Positions 31,104 to 43,043 of a stretch of 64,000 nt of DNA are shown here, in pieces. A program made the translations under genes and the position numbers. Source of the stretch: an uncultured Fibrobacteria bacterium (GTDB lineage: Bacteria; Fibrobacterota; Fibrobacteria; UBA11236); the NCBI GenBank assembly GCA_963716395.1, contig OY970309.1, forward strand, positions 480,001 to 544,000. The letters are read 5' to 3'. How positions within the stretch are numbered: the first letter of the stretch is position 1; the number at the start of each line of letters is the position of its first letter. Under the pieces are notes generated by a model. It worked only from the letters and a program-made list of their open reading frames with translations. It made no database searches and had not been told where the DNA came from.

Positions 31104-34100
31104 ATGCCGGCGCGTCTGCATTTCAGCAATTCCCTGGAGGCGTTGGCCGACCGCCTGATCGCCGGCTTGCACGGCGGCGATCCGCTCGACGCGCCCTGCA
31201 TCGCCACGCCTTCACCCACCTTGCGCGGCTGGCTGCAATGCCGGTGGGCCGAAAGCGCCGGTGCGGCCGCCAACCTGGATTTCCAAAACCTCGAACAGCT
31301 TTTGTGGCAACTCTTGGCGGAGCGCGATCGCTTCCGGCGCGACCCCGCGCGGCAGCCGGCGCAATTGCTCGACGCCGCCAACTTCCAGGGATTGCTGATG
31401 GCCGCGCTGCGCCGCGATCCGCCGGCGCCGCTGCGCGGCTATTTGACCCCGGCCGCCGCCGAGCCCTATGACGCGGCCCGGCGTCTATGCCAGCTCTCGG
31501 GCCGGCTGGCCAGCCTGTTCCGCGAATACGAATACAGCCGCGTGGGCGAGCACGGATTCCGCGCGCTGACGGCGGCCTGGCGGCGTGGCGAAGCCTGCTT
31601 CGAACCGTATTGGCAGGGCCGCCGGCCGGCCGCGTCCGGTATCGGCGCCGAAGCCGCCCGCGCCCTGGAGCAATGGCAGCGGGCGATTTACCAAAGCCTG
31701 TTCCGCGCCGGCGGGCTGCGCGATCGCTGGGGCGAAGCCTCGGGTCTGTACCGCTACACCTTGCCGCAATATGCCGAGATGGTGCTGCAGCAAGACCCGG
31801 GAAATGCCGCCGGCCCGCGGCGATGCCATTTGTTCGGCTTGTCACATATTTCTCCGTTTCACCGCGCCTTGATCCACCGCCTCGGCGAGGCGGCGGTGGA
31901 TCAAGGCGCGGTGAACGCGGTGGAATTCGAGATCTACGCGCTCAACCCCTGCGCCGAATTCTGGGAAGACGCGTTGACCCCCCGCGAAGAGCAGGCCCGG
32001 CGACGCGCCACCGAACGCCGCGACAAGTTCGCGCGCTGGGTCGAGGCGCCCCCGGAAGCGCGCGCGCAGGCGCGCCTTTCCCCCGAGGTGTTGCGCGGCG
32101 AAGAATTGCCCGCCGCGGAAAACGAGAACGCCCTGCTCGCCCGTTTCGGCAAGCCCGGCCGCGAAACCGTGCAACTGTGGAACCAAATCACCGACTATGA
32201 TTTTTGCGCGCATTTCCGCGAACCCGCCGCGGCCACCTTGCTGGCTGCGGTGCAGCGGGCCGTGCTCCATCGCCGCGGGGCGCTGCCGCCGGCGGAACGC
32301 GTTCCCCAGGACGCCACGCTGCAAATCTGGTCGGCCCCCGACGCCTATGCCGAAGCCGAAGCGGTGCGGGCGCATCTCGCCGAGCGGCTGCTGGCCGACC
32401 CGGCCTTGCGCCCCGAAGACGTCGCCGTGATCGTGCCCGAGACGGGAACCTACGCGCCGGTGCTGGAAGCGGTGTTCGCCGGATCGGCGCCGCCGCGGGC
32501 CGGTTCCGTGCCGGTCTGCCTGCTCGAAGCCGCTTCCGGGGAAAACCCGCTGCTCGCCGCCTTTCAAGCCTTGCTGGAATTGGCCGCCGGCCCGCTCCGG
32601 CCCGGCCCCTTGCAAACCTGGATGGAAATGCCCCCGGTGCTACGCGCGCTGCCCCGACCCGGCGCGGCCGCAGTCTTCGCCCGCTTTTGGGAGCGCGCTG
32701 GTTTTCGCGAGTGTTGGGATGAGGATCACATGCGGCAACAGGGGTTGCCGCCCGGCCCTTCGACCTGGGAAGCGGCGCGCGCCCGGCTGCTGGCGGGCCT
32801 GGTGCTCGATCCCGCCTCCGACGCCGCCGCGGCCGCGGATTGGGCGCCGGTGGGCGAAGCCGCGGCGGCCTGGGATCGCGACGACGTGGCGGCTTGCCTG
32901 GATTGGATGGAGCGGCTGCGGCGCGATCTTCAGCCCTTTCGCTCCGACGCGCCGCGCGACTACGGCGCCTGGAGCCGATGCCTGACGGATCTGCTGGCGG
33001 GCTATTTCCGCCCCGATCCCATGGACGCGCAGGAACGCCGCGGCGAAACCGCCCTGCGGCGCTTTTGCGCCGACCTGGAAGCCTGGAACGGGCTGGACGG
33101 CGGCTCCGAAGCCGTGCCCCATCATGTGATCTCCGTATTGTTCAAAGATCGCTTTTCCCCGGCCGGCGGACGCCTGCCGCGCGCTCCGTTTCTTTCCGGC
33201 GGGGTGCGCATCGGATCGCTGGCCGCGCTGCGCGGCCTGCCCTTCCGGCACGTGTATTTGCTGGGCCTGACGGCCGGCGACTTTCCGGCGCCGTCCGAGG
33301 TGTCTCCGTTGGATTTGCGCGCCCTGCGCCGCATTCCCGGAGAAACCGATCCGGCGTCTCGCGATCTGTACGCCTTTTTGGAAACCCTCGGCGCCGCGCG
33401 CGAACGCCTGGTGCTTTCTTACGTGCGCCGCGATGCGGGCCGCGACAGCCTGCGGCAGCCTTCGTATGCGCTCACCGGCTTGCTGGCCTATCTCGAAGAC
33501 GACGTGCTGCCGGCCGGCGCGCCCTGCGCCATGCTGGAACTCGACACCGAAGGCCGTCCCGCCGCCGGCGGCGGCCCTCCTGCCTGGGCCGATCCCACCC
33601 CGCGGCGCGAGTGGGAATCGCTGCGCCTGCAAGCCGCCGCCGCCGCAGAGGCTTCGCCCGATTGGGCCGCGCCCCCAATGTCGAAGGGTGCGGCCGCCGC
33701 ACCGGAAGCGGCCGGGGCCGTCGATTTTCGCGACTTGGCGGACTATTTGAAAAACCCGGCGGAACATGCGTGTTTCCGCTGCTTCGGCCTGGCCTCGGAG
33801 TTCGAGTCCGAGACCGACAGCGAAGGCCCGCCGCTGGAATACGGGTCAAAGGAAATACGGCACCTTTTGGCCGAAACCTTGCGCGCCGAATTGCAGGCCC
33901 GCGCCTCGGGCGCGGAACGGCTGCAGACGCTGCTCGGCCGACGTAACCTGGAAGGGACTGCGACCGCCGCCGCCGTATGCGGAATTGGAAAATGAACGCC
34001 TCGCCGATTGTGGGAGCGACTTGCAAGCGCGTGCCGAGGCGTTGCATCACTCCGTGGCCGCGTTGGAACTGCGCTTCGCCGGCGCTTTGCGCCTGGGCCT

Positions 34101-34752
34101 CAGCCCGCGTCCGCTTGACCCGCCCCTGTTTTCGCTGCCGCCCTTTTCCACGGCGGTCCAAGGGCAGCCGCTGCAAATCGGCGGGGTCTTTCCGTTTTTT
34201 TTCGCCCCCGCCCGGGCGGGCGGCCCTTGGGCTTTGCTGCTGTCGCCTTACGAAGCGCAATCCCCGCTCACCGCCTATTTGCTCCACCTTGTCCTCGCCG
34301 CCGCGGCCGCTCCGGAACACGTTCCACTGCGGGGACCCTGTTTCGTGGTGGAATTCGACTGGGGGCCCGAAGCCAAGGGCGGCGGCACAATCCATCGCCT
34401 GCCGTCCTTCCCGCGGGACGAAGCCACGCGGCATTTGCGTGAACTCCTGGAAGACTTGCGCCGCGCACCCGATTTCGACCTTTTGTCTTTGGACGCGGTG
34501 CGGGAAATCCGGGAGCGCGCCGCCGCGCCCGGGCCGGAAGCCACCGTCAATTGGAAAGCGCGGCTGGAGGAATATGAGCGGGAGCAGCGCGAGCCGGGAT
34601 TTTTCGCCCCCAAGCGGCACAGCCGGCTTTTGCGCGCGGTGGACCCGGAGATCCCCGGCGACGCCCAGGCCAAAATCCAGCGGCGCCTGCTGCCGTTTCT
34701 GTTGTGGCGCGCGCAATGGGAAACCTGGACTCCGGAACAGGAAGAGACGTGA
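31104..34752 (+). pseudogene. recC: Exodeoxyribonuclease V gamma subunit, interrupted by a +1 frameshift near 33955 (real lesion or assembly error)
   Basis: HFSNSLEALAD, LFGLS, NPCAEFW, NALLARFGKPGR, LRGLPFRHVYLLG, LADYLKNP in ORF 31104..33995; coding continues in the frame of ORF 33766..34752, whose stop overlaps the recB start. Confidence 0.85.
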
Positions 34753-37700
34753 TGCGTTGGCCCCGGGATTTTCCGCGCGTGGTGGCCGAATTGGATTTGG
34801 ACAAATCGGCTTTGCTCGAAGCTTCGGCCGGAACCGGAAAGACCTATGCCATCGAACATCTGGTGGTGCGCTTTCTGGCCGAGAAACCCGAGTGGCCATT
34901 GGAATCGCTGCTGCTTCTGTCGTTCACCGAAAAAACTGCCGGCGAATTGCGCGAGAAAATCCGGCGGCGGCTGAAAACCGAATGGCAACGCCGCGCTGAG
35001 GACGGGGCGGAGGAATTTTTCTGGCCCGCCCCCGTGCGTGCGCGCTTTTTCGAAGCGCATCTGCGCTGCGACGAAGCCTCCATCCACACTTTGCACGGCT
35101 TTTGCCACGCTGCGCTGCGCGCCCATGCCCTGGAAAACGGCGCCTTGTTCGACGGCGAAGTGATGGAAGAGCACGATCTACTCGCCGCCGCGTTGGACGG
35201 ATTGCTGCGCGGCCCCTGGGCCGGCGACGCCACCGCGCTGCGTCAACGCCTGGCGGCTTTGGCCGAAGGCCCGGCCGATTGGCGGCGCTGGCTCGTTCGC
35301 TTGGCCTCGGCCTATCAGCCCGATCGCGGCGACCGCTTGGATCCGGCACCCGATGCGGATTCCGCAGAAATCGGCGCGGCGGCCGAATCCGCCTGGCAAA
35401 CGGCCGCGGAGGAGATGCAGCGGGCCTTCGCCGCCGTGGAACAAGCTTCATTCGACTTCGCGCGTTATGGGGCGGGTTTCGGCCACTCCAAATCAGGACG
35501 TGACAATTTTCACAAAGATGCCTTGGCCGGCGCGGTCCGGGCTTTGCGGGAATCGCCCACTCTTGCCACGCCGGAATCGTTGGCCGATTTTTTTCTCCAC
35601 CTGTCGAAGAACTCCAAGGCGTACAAACATGGGTTTGCGGCCACCTTGTCCGCCGCCGCGGCCGCCGTGCCGGCCTGGAAGAGTTTCGCCGACGCCTGCA
35701 CCCGGGCCCGCGCCGCTGCGGTGCAGCGTGCGGATGCGGCCGCCGCCGCAAGCCGGCGCCGGGCTTTGGCCCACAGCGCCGGCGCCGTGCGCGCCGTGCG
35801 CGCCCGCATGGAATGGGAAAAACGCCGGCGGGGCGTGCTGACTTACGACGACATGGTGGTGCGCCTGTGGCGCGCGGCGCGCGAACGTCCCGAGTTCGCG
35901 GCCGGGTTGCGCAGCCGCATGCGGGCCTGCGTGGTGGATGAATTCCAAGATACCGATCCGCTGCAATGGGAACTGCTCCGCATTCTGTGCTGGGAAGGCC
36001 CGGAGCCGCGCCCCTTGTTTCTCGTCGGCGATCCCAAGCAGGCCATTTACGGCTTTCGCGGCGGCGACCTGAACACCTATTTCGACGCGCGCCACCGCCT
36101 GCATGTCTCGACCCTGCAGGGCCGGGCCCAGGGATTCAGCCTTTCCGAAAACCACCGCTCGCGGCCGCAACTGGTGCAGGCGCTGAACGCGGTGTTCGCG
36201 CAGGCGCCGTGGTTCGGCCGGGCCGAAGCCGCGCCCATCGCGGGCGACTGGCATTTGCCCGCCCGTTCCGACGCCATTGCCTTTACGCCCGCTTCGTTTC
36301 CCCACTCGCGCGCCGAGGAACCCGGCGCGCCGGCCGTGGTTTTGCGCGACTTCACCGGCATCGCCACCTTGACCGAAGCGCGCCATGCGGTGCTCGATTG
36401 GATCGCCCAAGGCATCGACGATCTTTTGGCGGGCGCCCGCGGCCCCTTGATTTCCGCGGCCGACGGATCGCGACGCGCGCCGGCGCCGGGCGACATCGCC
36501 GTGCTGGTGCGCACCAATGCCGAAGCCCTGGCCGCCGAGCGGTTCCTGCGGCGGCGCGGTCTTCCCTGCCGCGTACGGCGGCGCGGCGGCCTCTTCGACA
36601 GCCCGCAAGCCGATCAAATGCAGGTGCTGCTCGAAGCGCTGGAAGACGCGGGGGATCCCCGCGCGCAGGCGCGGCTCTTGCTCCTGCCTTTTTTGCGGGC
36701 GGCCGGAAGCGGTTGGCCCGCGGGCTTGCCCGAGGCTTGTCCCGAGCCCATTCGTCGCTGGGCCGAACACGCCCAGGCCCGGCGTTGGCCCGCCTTGTTT
36801 CGCGCCGTGCTGTATGAAAGCGGCTATCTGTACCGCTTGGCCGCGGAAACCCGCGGCGGCTCCGAAGTGCGCATTCTGGATCTGCTGGCGCGCACCTTGG
36901 CCGAAGAAGGCTTGCGCCACGGGCTGAGCCTGCGCGGCTTGGTGCAGCGCTTCGAGTCACTGCGCCGGGGTGAAAGCGAAGAGACCGGAATTGTTTCCGA
37001 CGCGGGCGTGGATGCACGCGTAGCCATCATGACTTTGCATTTAAGCAAGGGCCTCGAATTTCCCGTCGTATACGTCTCGACCCTGGGCCAGACGCGCGCG
37101 CCCGATTTTTACACCTTGCGCGAAAGCACAGGCTTCCGCCATGTTCTGGACAAGCACGATCTCGAGGCCCGCGCGCAATGCGAAAACCAGACGCGCGACG
37201 AAGACAAGCGCCTGTTCTACGTGGGCTTCACGCGCGCCAAATCGCTTTTGTGCGTGCCGCTTCTGCCCGCGCGCTTCAAACAGGGTTCGGGTCCTTTGGG
37301 CGGCTTTGCGGCCGACGCCCTGCGCCACGCTGCGGAAGAACACCCCGCCTGGTTCGCCTGGGAAGAGCCAGCGCCGGCGTCTTTCCGGGCCGAAACTCCG
37401 ACGCCCGAGGCCTCGGCCTTCGCCGCGCCGCCGGAGCGCGATCCCTGGGAACAGGCCGGCGCTTTCTTCCTCGAACGCCCGCGGCGCCTGGCGTCCTATT
37501 CGCAATTGGCGCGCCGCGCCCAGGACCCGGAATGGGAAGAGGATGGCAAGCGCGCGAACCGCGAAGACGATCCCCCCGGCCTGGAACCGGCCGCCGACAT
37601 GGTGACGGCCGAGGATTTGCCCCCCGGCGCGGAAACCGGCAACGCCCTGCATGAAGTGCTGGAAGGCTGCGACTTCGCAGCCGCGCTGCAGATGCCGGAC

Positions 37701-38336
37701 GCCGAAGCCCTGGGCCGCGACGCGGTTTTTGCCGCCTTGGCCGCGCCCATTCTGCGGCGGCGCGGACTGGAGGAAAAATTTCTGCCGGCCGTGGCGCGCG
37801 TGGTGTGGAATGCGCTGCGCATGCCCTTGCCCGATCCGGCGGGTGGCGATGCCGCCCCGCTGGCCGGGATCACCGAGAAGCGTCACGAGGTGGAATTCGT
37901 GTTCCCCGTAACCGGTGCGTTTCCGCCGCCGGAAGCCGCCGAAATCCGGCGCGGACAAATCCGGCGCGGCCTGTTGTGGGGATTCATCGATCTGGTGTTC
38001 CGCCGGCAGGGCCGCTATTACCTGCTCGACTGGAAATCGAACCGGTTGGACCGCTATGACGCTCGCGCCGTGGCCGAAGACATGCGCCGCCACCAATACG
38101 ATTTGCAATACCAGCTTTACGCCGTGGCCTTGGACCGCTGGCTGACGGCGCGGCTGCCCGATTACGATCCCGCGCGGCACTTCGGCGGCCTGTACTATCT
38201 CTACCTGCGCGGCGCGGGACCATCCGCCTTCAGCGGCTTCGCGCTGCGGCCCACGCCGCACGATCTGCGCGAAAGCTATCCGGCGCGGCTGCGCCACGCC
38301 CTGGGCCTTCAGACTGGGCGGGAGTCGCACGCATGA
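34752..38336 (+). CDS. recB: Exodeoxyribonuclease V beta subunit
   Basis: EASAGTGKT, SFTEK, TLHGFC, VDEFQDTD, VGDPKQAIYGFRG, HLSKGLEF, YVGFTRA; nuclease GFIDLVF..LDWKSN, YDLQYQLY; TGATG overlap with recC. Confidence 0.95.
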   Translation: MRWPRDFPRVVAELDLDKSALLEASAGTGKTYAIEHLVVRFLAEKPEWPLESLLLLSFTEKTAGELREKIRRRLKTEWQRRAEDGAEEFFWPAPVRARFFEAHLRCDEASIHTLHGFCHAALRAHALENGALFDGEVMEEHDLLAAALDGLLRGPWAGDATALRQRLAALAEGPADWRRWLVRLASAYQPDRGDRLDPAPDADSAEIGAAAESAWQTAAEEMQRAFAAVEQASFDFARYGAGFGHSKSGRDNFHKDALAGAVRALRESPTLATPESLADFFLHLSKNSKAYKHGFAATLSAAAAAVPAWKSFADACTRARAAAVQRADAAAAASRRRALAHSAGAVRAVRARMEWEKRRRGVLTYDDMVVRLWRAARERPEFAAGLRSRMRACVVDEFQDTDPLQWELLRILCWEGPEPRPLFLVGDPKQAIYGFRGGDLNTYFDARHRLHVSTLQGRAQGFSLSENHRSRPQLVQALNAVFAQAPWFGRAEAAPIAGDWHLPARSDAIAFTPASFPHSRAEEPGAPAVVLRDFTGIATLTEARHAVLDWIAQGIDDLLAGARGPLISAADGSRRAPAPGDIAVLVRTNAEALAAERFLRRRGLPCRVRRRGGLFDSPQADQMQVLLEALEDAGDPRAQARLLLLPFLRAAGSGWPAGLPEACPEPIRRWAEHAQARRWPALFRAVLYESGYLYRLAAETRGGSEVRILDLLARTLAEEGLRHGLSLRGLVQRFESLRRGESEETGIVSDAGVDARVAIMTLHLSKGLEFPVVYVSTLGQTRAPDFYTLRESTGFRHVLDKHDLEARAQCENQTRDEDKRLFYVGFTRAKSLLCVPLLPARFKQGSGPLGGFAADALRHAAEEHPAWFAWEEPAPASFRAETPTPEASAFAAPPERDPWEQAGAFFLERPRRLASYSQLARRAQDPEWEEDGKRANREDDPPGLEPAADMVTAEDLPPGAETGNALHEVLEGCDFAAALQMPDAEALGRDAVFAALAAPILRRRGLEEKFLPAVARVVWNALRMPLPDPAGGDAAPLAGITEKRHEVEFVFPVTGAFPPPEAAEIRRGQIRRGLLWGFIDLVFRRQGRYYLLDWKSNRLDRYDARAVAEDMRRHQYDLQYQLYAVALDRWLTARLPDYDPARHFGGLYYLYLRGAGPSAFSGFALRPTPHDLRESYPARLRHALGLQTGRESHA

Positions 38337-40381
38337 TGCGTAATGCCGATGTAATGGGTGCGCGGGTCGGGCAAATCGCACCGGCCTCCGAAATCCTCGA
38401 CGCCGCCGATTTTCAATTAACCGAATGGCTGGCCCGCCGCGCCGGCGCACCGGATGATGCCGCCTTGCGCGCGGTCTTGCTGGGCCTTTCCGCCGAATGC
38501 CATGCGGGCGGCACCTGTTTGCCGCTGGAGCCGGCCGCTCTGGGCGAAGCTTTGGCCGTGGCCGGCGTCGAAGTCTTGCCGGCGCCCGCAAGCGGGGATG
38601 GTCCGACGTTATGGGTCAAGGCTTTTGCGACGGCCGCGGAACAGGGACGTTACGCCGCCATTCTGGGCCGCGCCGGCGAGGTCAAACCCCTGATCTGGCA
38701 GCAGGAGCGTTTGTATTTCCAACGCTATTTCCACGCGGAAAAAAATTTGGCCCAGGGTCTGGCGCAACGCTGCGGCGCGGCGCCCTTGGTCTGCGAAGCC
38801 GCCACCGCGCGGAAAATTTTGTCCGAAGTATTGGAGGAAAAACCCTTGCGCCTGGGTCCCGAAGCCGCGCCCTTGCGGCTCACGACCGCGCAGCAATGGG
38901 CCTTGGCGGCGGCCCTGCGTGAACGCCTGCTGGTGATTTCGGGCGGACCGGGCACAGGAAAAACCGCCCTGGCGACGACCTTGCTGCGCGTGCTGCTGCG
39001 GCGGCGCGACGTCGCTCCCGCGCGCCTGCGGCTGTGCGCGCCTACCGGGTTGGCGGCGCAACGCTTGCAGACCGCCCTGCGCGCCGGCCGGGCCGCGCTC
39101 ACCGAAATTGGACAGGGTGAAAGCGATCCGGATCACGCTTTGGATCAAATTCCCGTGGAAACCCTGCACCGGCTCCTGGCCTATCACCCGCCCACCGGGC
39201 GTTTTGCGCGCCATGCCGGCGATCCCCTCGACGCCGATCTCGTGGTGCTCGACGAAGCCTCGATGGCCGATTTGTTTACCTTGGCGGCGCTGCTCGATGC
39301 CTTGCCCCCGGAAGCCGCGCTGATTCTGGTGGGCGACGCCGATCAATTACCCGCCGTGGCCGCGGGTGCGGTGCTGGGCGAATTGCTGCCCGCGCCGCGA
39401 TCGACGTGTTTGGACCGCGCGGCGTGGGAATGGGTGGCCGCGTGCTTTCCGACGTCGGCGCCGACTGCTCCCGAAGCCGCCGGCCGCGGAGCCGTTCCCG
39501 CCGTGGTGTTGGACCACAGCCACCGATCCGGGCGCGAGATTTTGCATCTCGCGGCGGCCATCAACCGCGGCGACGCCGAAGCCGCCGAACGCGCGTTGGG
39601 AGCGCCGCGCGCGGCCTCGAACTTTTTTTCCGCCGGCGCGCCCCCCCTGCGGCGCCTGGAATGGGAAGAGGAGAAAGGCAAAGAAAGTCTCGCCGATCTC
39701 GACGCTCTGCTCGACGCTTATGCCGAAACTTTTTTCTTCACCCGCACCGTGGCCGGCAAAACCTATGCGCAGTGGCTGGCCCTCCTGCGCATCGCGACGG
39801 GCGAAGCGGAAACCGCGGGACTCGATGCGCTCATGGCCTTGCTCGGCGTCACCCGCCTGCTTTCTCCCCTGCGCCATACCGGCCGCGGCTGCCTCCACCT
39901 CAACGATTTATTGCGGCGCAAATTGGAGGCGCGCTTCGATCCCGCATCGGCGTCGCCGCATACCCCCGGATTTCACGGCGCGCCTTTGCTCATCGCCCGC
40001 AACGACCCGCGCACCGGGCTGTTCAACGGCGAAATCGGGGTGTGGTTGCGGCGCGACACTGGTCTCATCGCCTGTTTCCGCCGGTCCGATCGCTGGCTGC
40101 GCATTCCGGCCGCGCTGCTGCCGCCGAATGAGCCGGCCTTCGCCACCACGGTGCATAAAAGCCAAGGTTCCGAATTCGACGAAGTGGTGTTGGTGTTGCC
40201 CGAAGCGGGAAACCGCCTGCTGACCCGGGAAATTTTGTACACCGCCGTCACGCGGGCGCGGAAGGTTGTGGGAATTTGCGGCAGCCGCGTTGCCCTCGCG
40301 CAGGCCCTGGAACAGCGCGCGCGCCGCCGCAGCGGATTGCGGGAGTTATTCGCAGCCTCCCTTCTGCCGGAAAGCGGCTGA
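38333..40381 (+). CDS. recD: Exodeoxyribonuclease V alpha subunit
   Basis: SGGPGTGKT, APTGLAA, TLHRLL, DEASM, VGDADQL, LFNGEIG, TVHKSQGSEF, YTAVTRA. Confidence 0.95.
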   Translation: MMRNADVMGARVGQIAPASEILDAADFQLTEWLARRAGAPDDAALRAVLLGLSAECHAGGTCLPLEPAALGEALAVAGVEVLPAPASGDGPTLWVKAFATAAEQGRYAAILGRAGEVKPLIWQQERLYFQRYFHAEKNLAQGLAQRCGAAPLVCEAATARKILSEVLEEKPLRLGPEAAPLRLTTAQQWALAAALRERLLVISGGPGTGKTALATTLLRVLLRRRDVAPARLRLCAPTGLAAQRLQTALRAGRAALTEIGQGESDPDHALDQIPVETLHRLLAYHPPTGRFARHAGDPLDADLVVLDEASMADLFTLAALLDALPPEAALILVGDADQLPAVAAGAVLGELLPAPRSTCLDRAAWEWVAACFPTSAPTAPEAAGRGAVPAVVLDHSHRSGREILHLAAAINRGDAEAAERALGAPRAASNFFSAGAPPLRRLEWEEEKGKESLADLDALLDAYAETFFFTRTVAGKTYAQWLALLRIATGEAETAGLDALMALLGVTRLLSPLRHTGRGCLHLNDLLRRKLEARFDPASASPHTPGFHGAPLLIARNDPRTGLFNGEIGVWLRRDTGLIACFRRSDRWLRIPAALLPPNEPAFATTVHKSQGSEFDEVVLVLPEAGNRLLTREILYTAVTRARKVVGICGSRVALAQALEQRARRRSGLRELFAASLLPESG

Positions 40382-40569
40382 AAACGACGTATCGAGGCAG
40401 TCGCCGAAATCACAAGCAAATCACAAATAAAACTTTTCCCCATTCACGGGATTTCGGTATACATTTCGGAATGGAAGCGAAATAAACGGGAACACGCGCC
40501 ACTGAAATTGCGATTTCCGGGCGGATTACCAGTTCCTGTCTTCTTGGAAGTTTTATCCAGGACAAATAA

Positions 40570-41646
<1,077 letters not shown>

Positions 41647-41780
41647 AATTCCGGGGTGCGGTCTTAAGGGAAAAACATCCGCGCTGAGCGCGGAGTGCGT
41701 CAGAAGCGCCGCGATCCCGGCGGCAAGCATCCCCGTCTTCTTGACAGGTATTCGCTAAAAAGCTCAGTTGCACGGCATCC

Positions 41781-43031
41781 GTGCGCAATTTTAAAGACAT
41801 CACCCGACTCCTGTTAGGCCGGCGGGATTTTCTAGTACTGGTTTTCTGCAATGTCATCATCGGGCTGACCTATTCTTTCGTGCTCCCTTTCATTTCGACC
41901 TTCGGCACCAAGGAGGTGGGGATGTCCTCGGGTTTTTTCGGCATCTACATGACGGTGACCACGCTGGCGGGGATTTTCCTTTCCACCCTGTTGGCGAAGT
42001 GGTCGGATTCCCGGCTCTCCCGCAAAACCGTTTTGATCCTCGGCGGCACCTGCGGGGTGGCGGGTTATCTGGGCTATGCCTTTGTACGCGAGGTGTGGTT
42101 GTTGCTGATCATCGGCTCCACCTTGCTGGGCATCTCCGCCATCAGCTTCGGCCAATTATTCGCCCATGCCCGCGACGTGCTGAATCGCAATGACATTCCC
42201 GCCGGAGAAGCTCCGCTCTACATGAACATCTTCCGCCTTTTTTTCTCGCTTTCCTGGGTGGTGGGCCCCGCGATTTCGGCCTGGATATTGAATCACCACT
42301 CCTTCACGACCCTTTACTGTGCGGCGGCCGGCCTTTTCGCGATGTTTGTAATTGTCGTGATCTTTTTTATTCCCGCGATTCCACCTTCCGCCCAAAGCCG
42401 AAGAGCGGTCGCGAAGATTTCCACCCGGTCGCTGGTACGCATTCCCGGTCTTGTGGCCCATTTCGCGGGGTTCGTATTGTTCTTCAGTTGTTCGACCCTG
42501 TCGATGATGAATCTGCCTTTGATGATTTTAAACACCTTGCACGGAAGCGAAACGCAGGTCGGCATCGCCTATAGCGTGGCGCCGATTTTCGAGCTTCCCG
42601 TGATGTTTTACGTCGGTTTGCTGGCGACACGGCACGAGGTTTCCAAACTGATTCGCCTCTCCATGGTCATCGCGGCGGTTTACTTCGGCGGCTTGTTCCT
42701 GGTGCGCGCGCCCTGGCAAATTTATCCCATCCAAATCCTGAATACGGCGGTGGTGGCCGTGACGAGCGGCGTCGCCATCACTTTCTTCCAGGATTTTCTT
42801 CCCGATTTGGCCGGGATTGCGACCAATATTTATTCCAATGCCAACCGGGCGGGCGCCATCGTCGGGTACCTGTTGTTTGGATATCTCAGTTCCCGCTTCG
42901 GTTTCCGCTCCGTGTTTTTGGTCTGTGCTTCCTTCAGCGTCATTTCCTTCGCGATTATGCATTTCTGGAATCCCAAGCGCATCCCGATGCGGGCGCGGCG
43001 TGCGGCGCTGAGAATGGCGGAAGGGGCTTAA
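41781..43031 (+). CDS. MFS sugar efflux transporter (SET family)
   Basis: About 12 TM; QLFAHARD, RLFFSLSWVVGP, ELPVM, AITFFQDFLP...ATNIYSN. Confidence 0.85.
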   Translation: MRNFKDITRLLLGRRDFLVLVFCNVIIGLTYSFVLPFISTFGTKEVGMSSGFFGIYMTVTTLAGIFLSTLLAKWSDSRLSRKTVLILGGTCGVAGYLGYAFVREVWLLLIIGSTLLGISAISFGQLFAHARDVLNRNDIPAGEAPLYMNIFRLFFSLSWVVGPAISAWILNHHSFTTLYCAAAGLFAMFVIVVIFFIPAIPPSAQSRRAVAKISTRSLVRIPGLVAHFAGFVLFFSCSTLSMMNLPLMILNTLHGSETQVGIAYSVAPIFELPVMFYVGLLATRHEVSKLIRLSMVIAAVYFGGLFLVRAPWQIYPIQILNTAVVAVTSGVAITFFQDFLPDLAGIATNIYSNANRAGAIVGYLLFGYLSSRFGFRSVFLVCASFSVISFAIMHFWNPKRIPMRARRAALRMAEGA

Positions 43032-43043
43032 CGCGCCCGAAAG

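Noticed and set aside
31123-40443. Numerous Arg/Pro/Ala-rich ORFs overlapping recCBD
   Set aside because: Typical off-frame translations of very GC-rich genes
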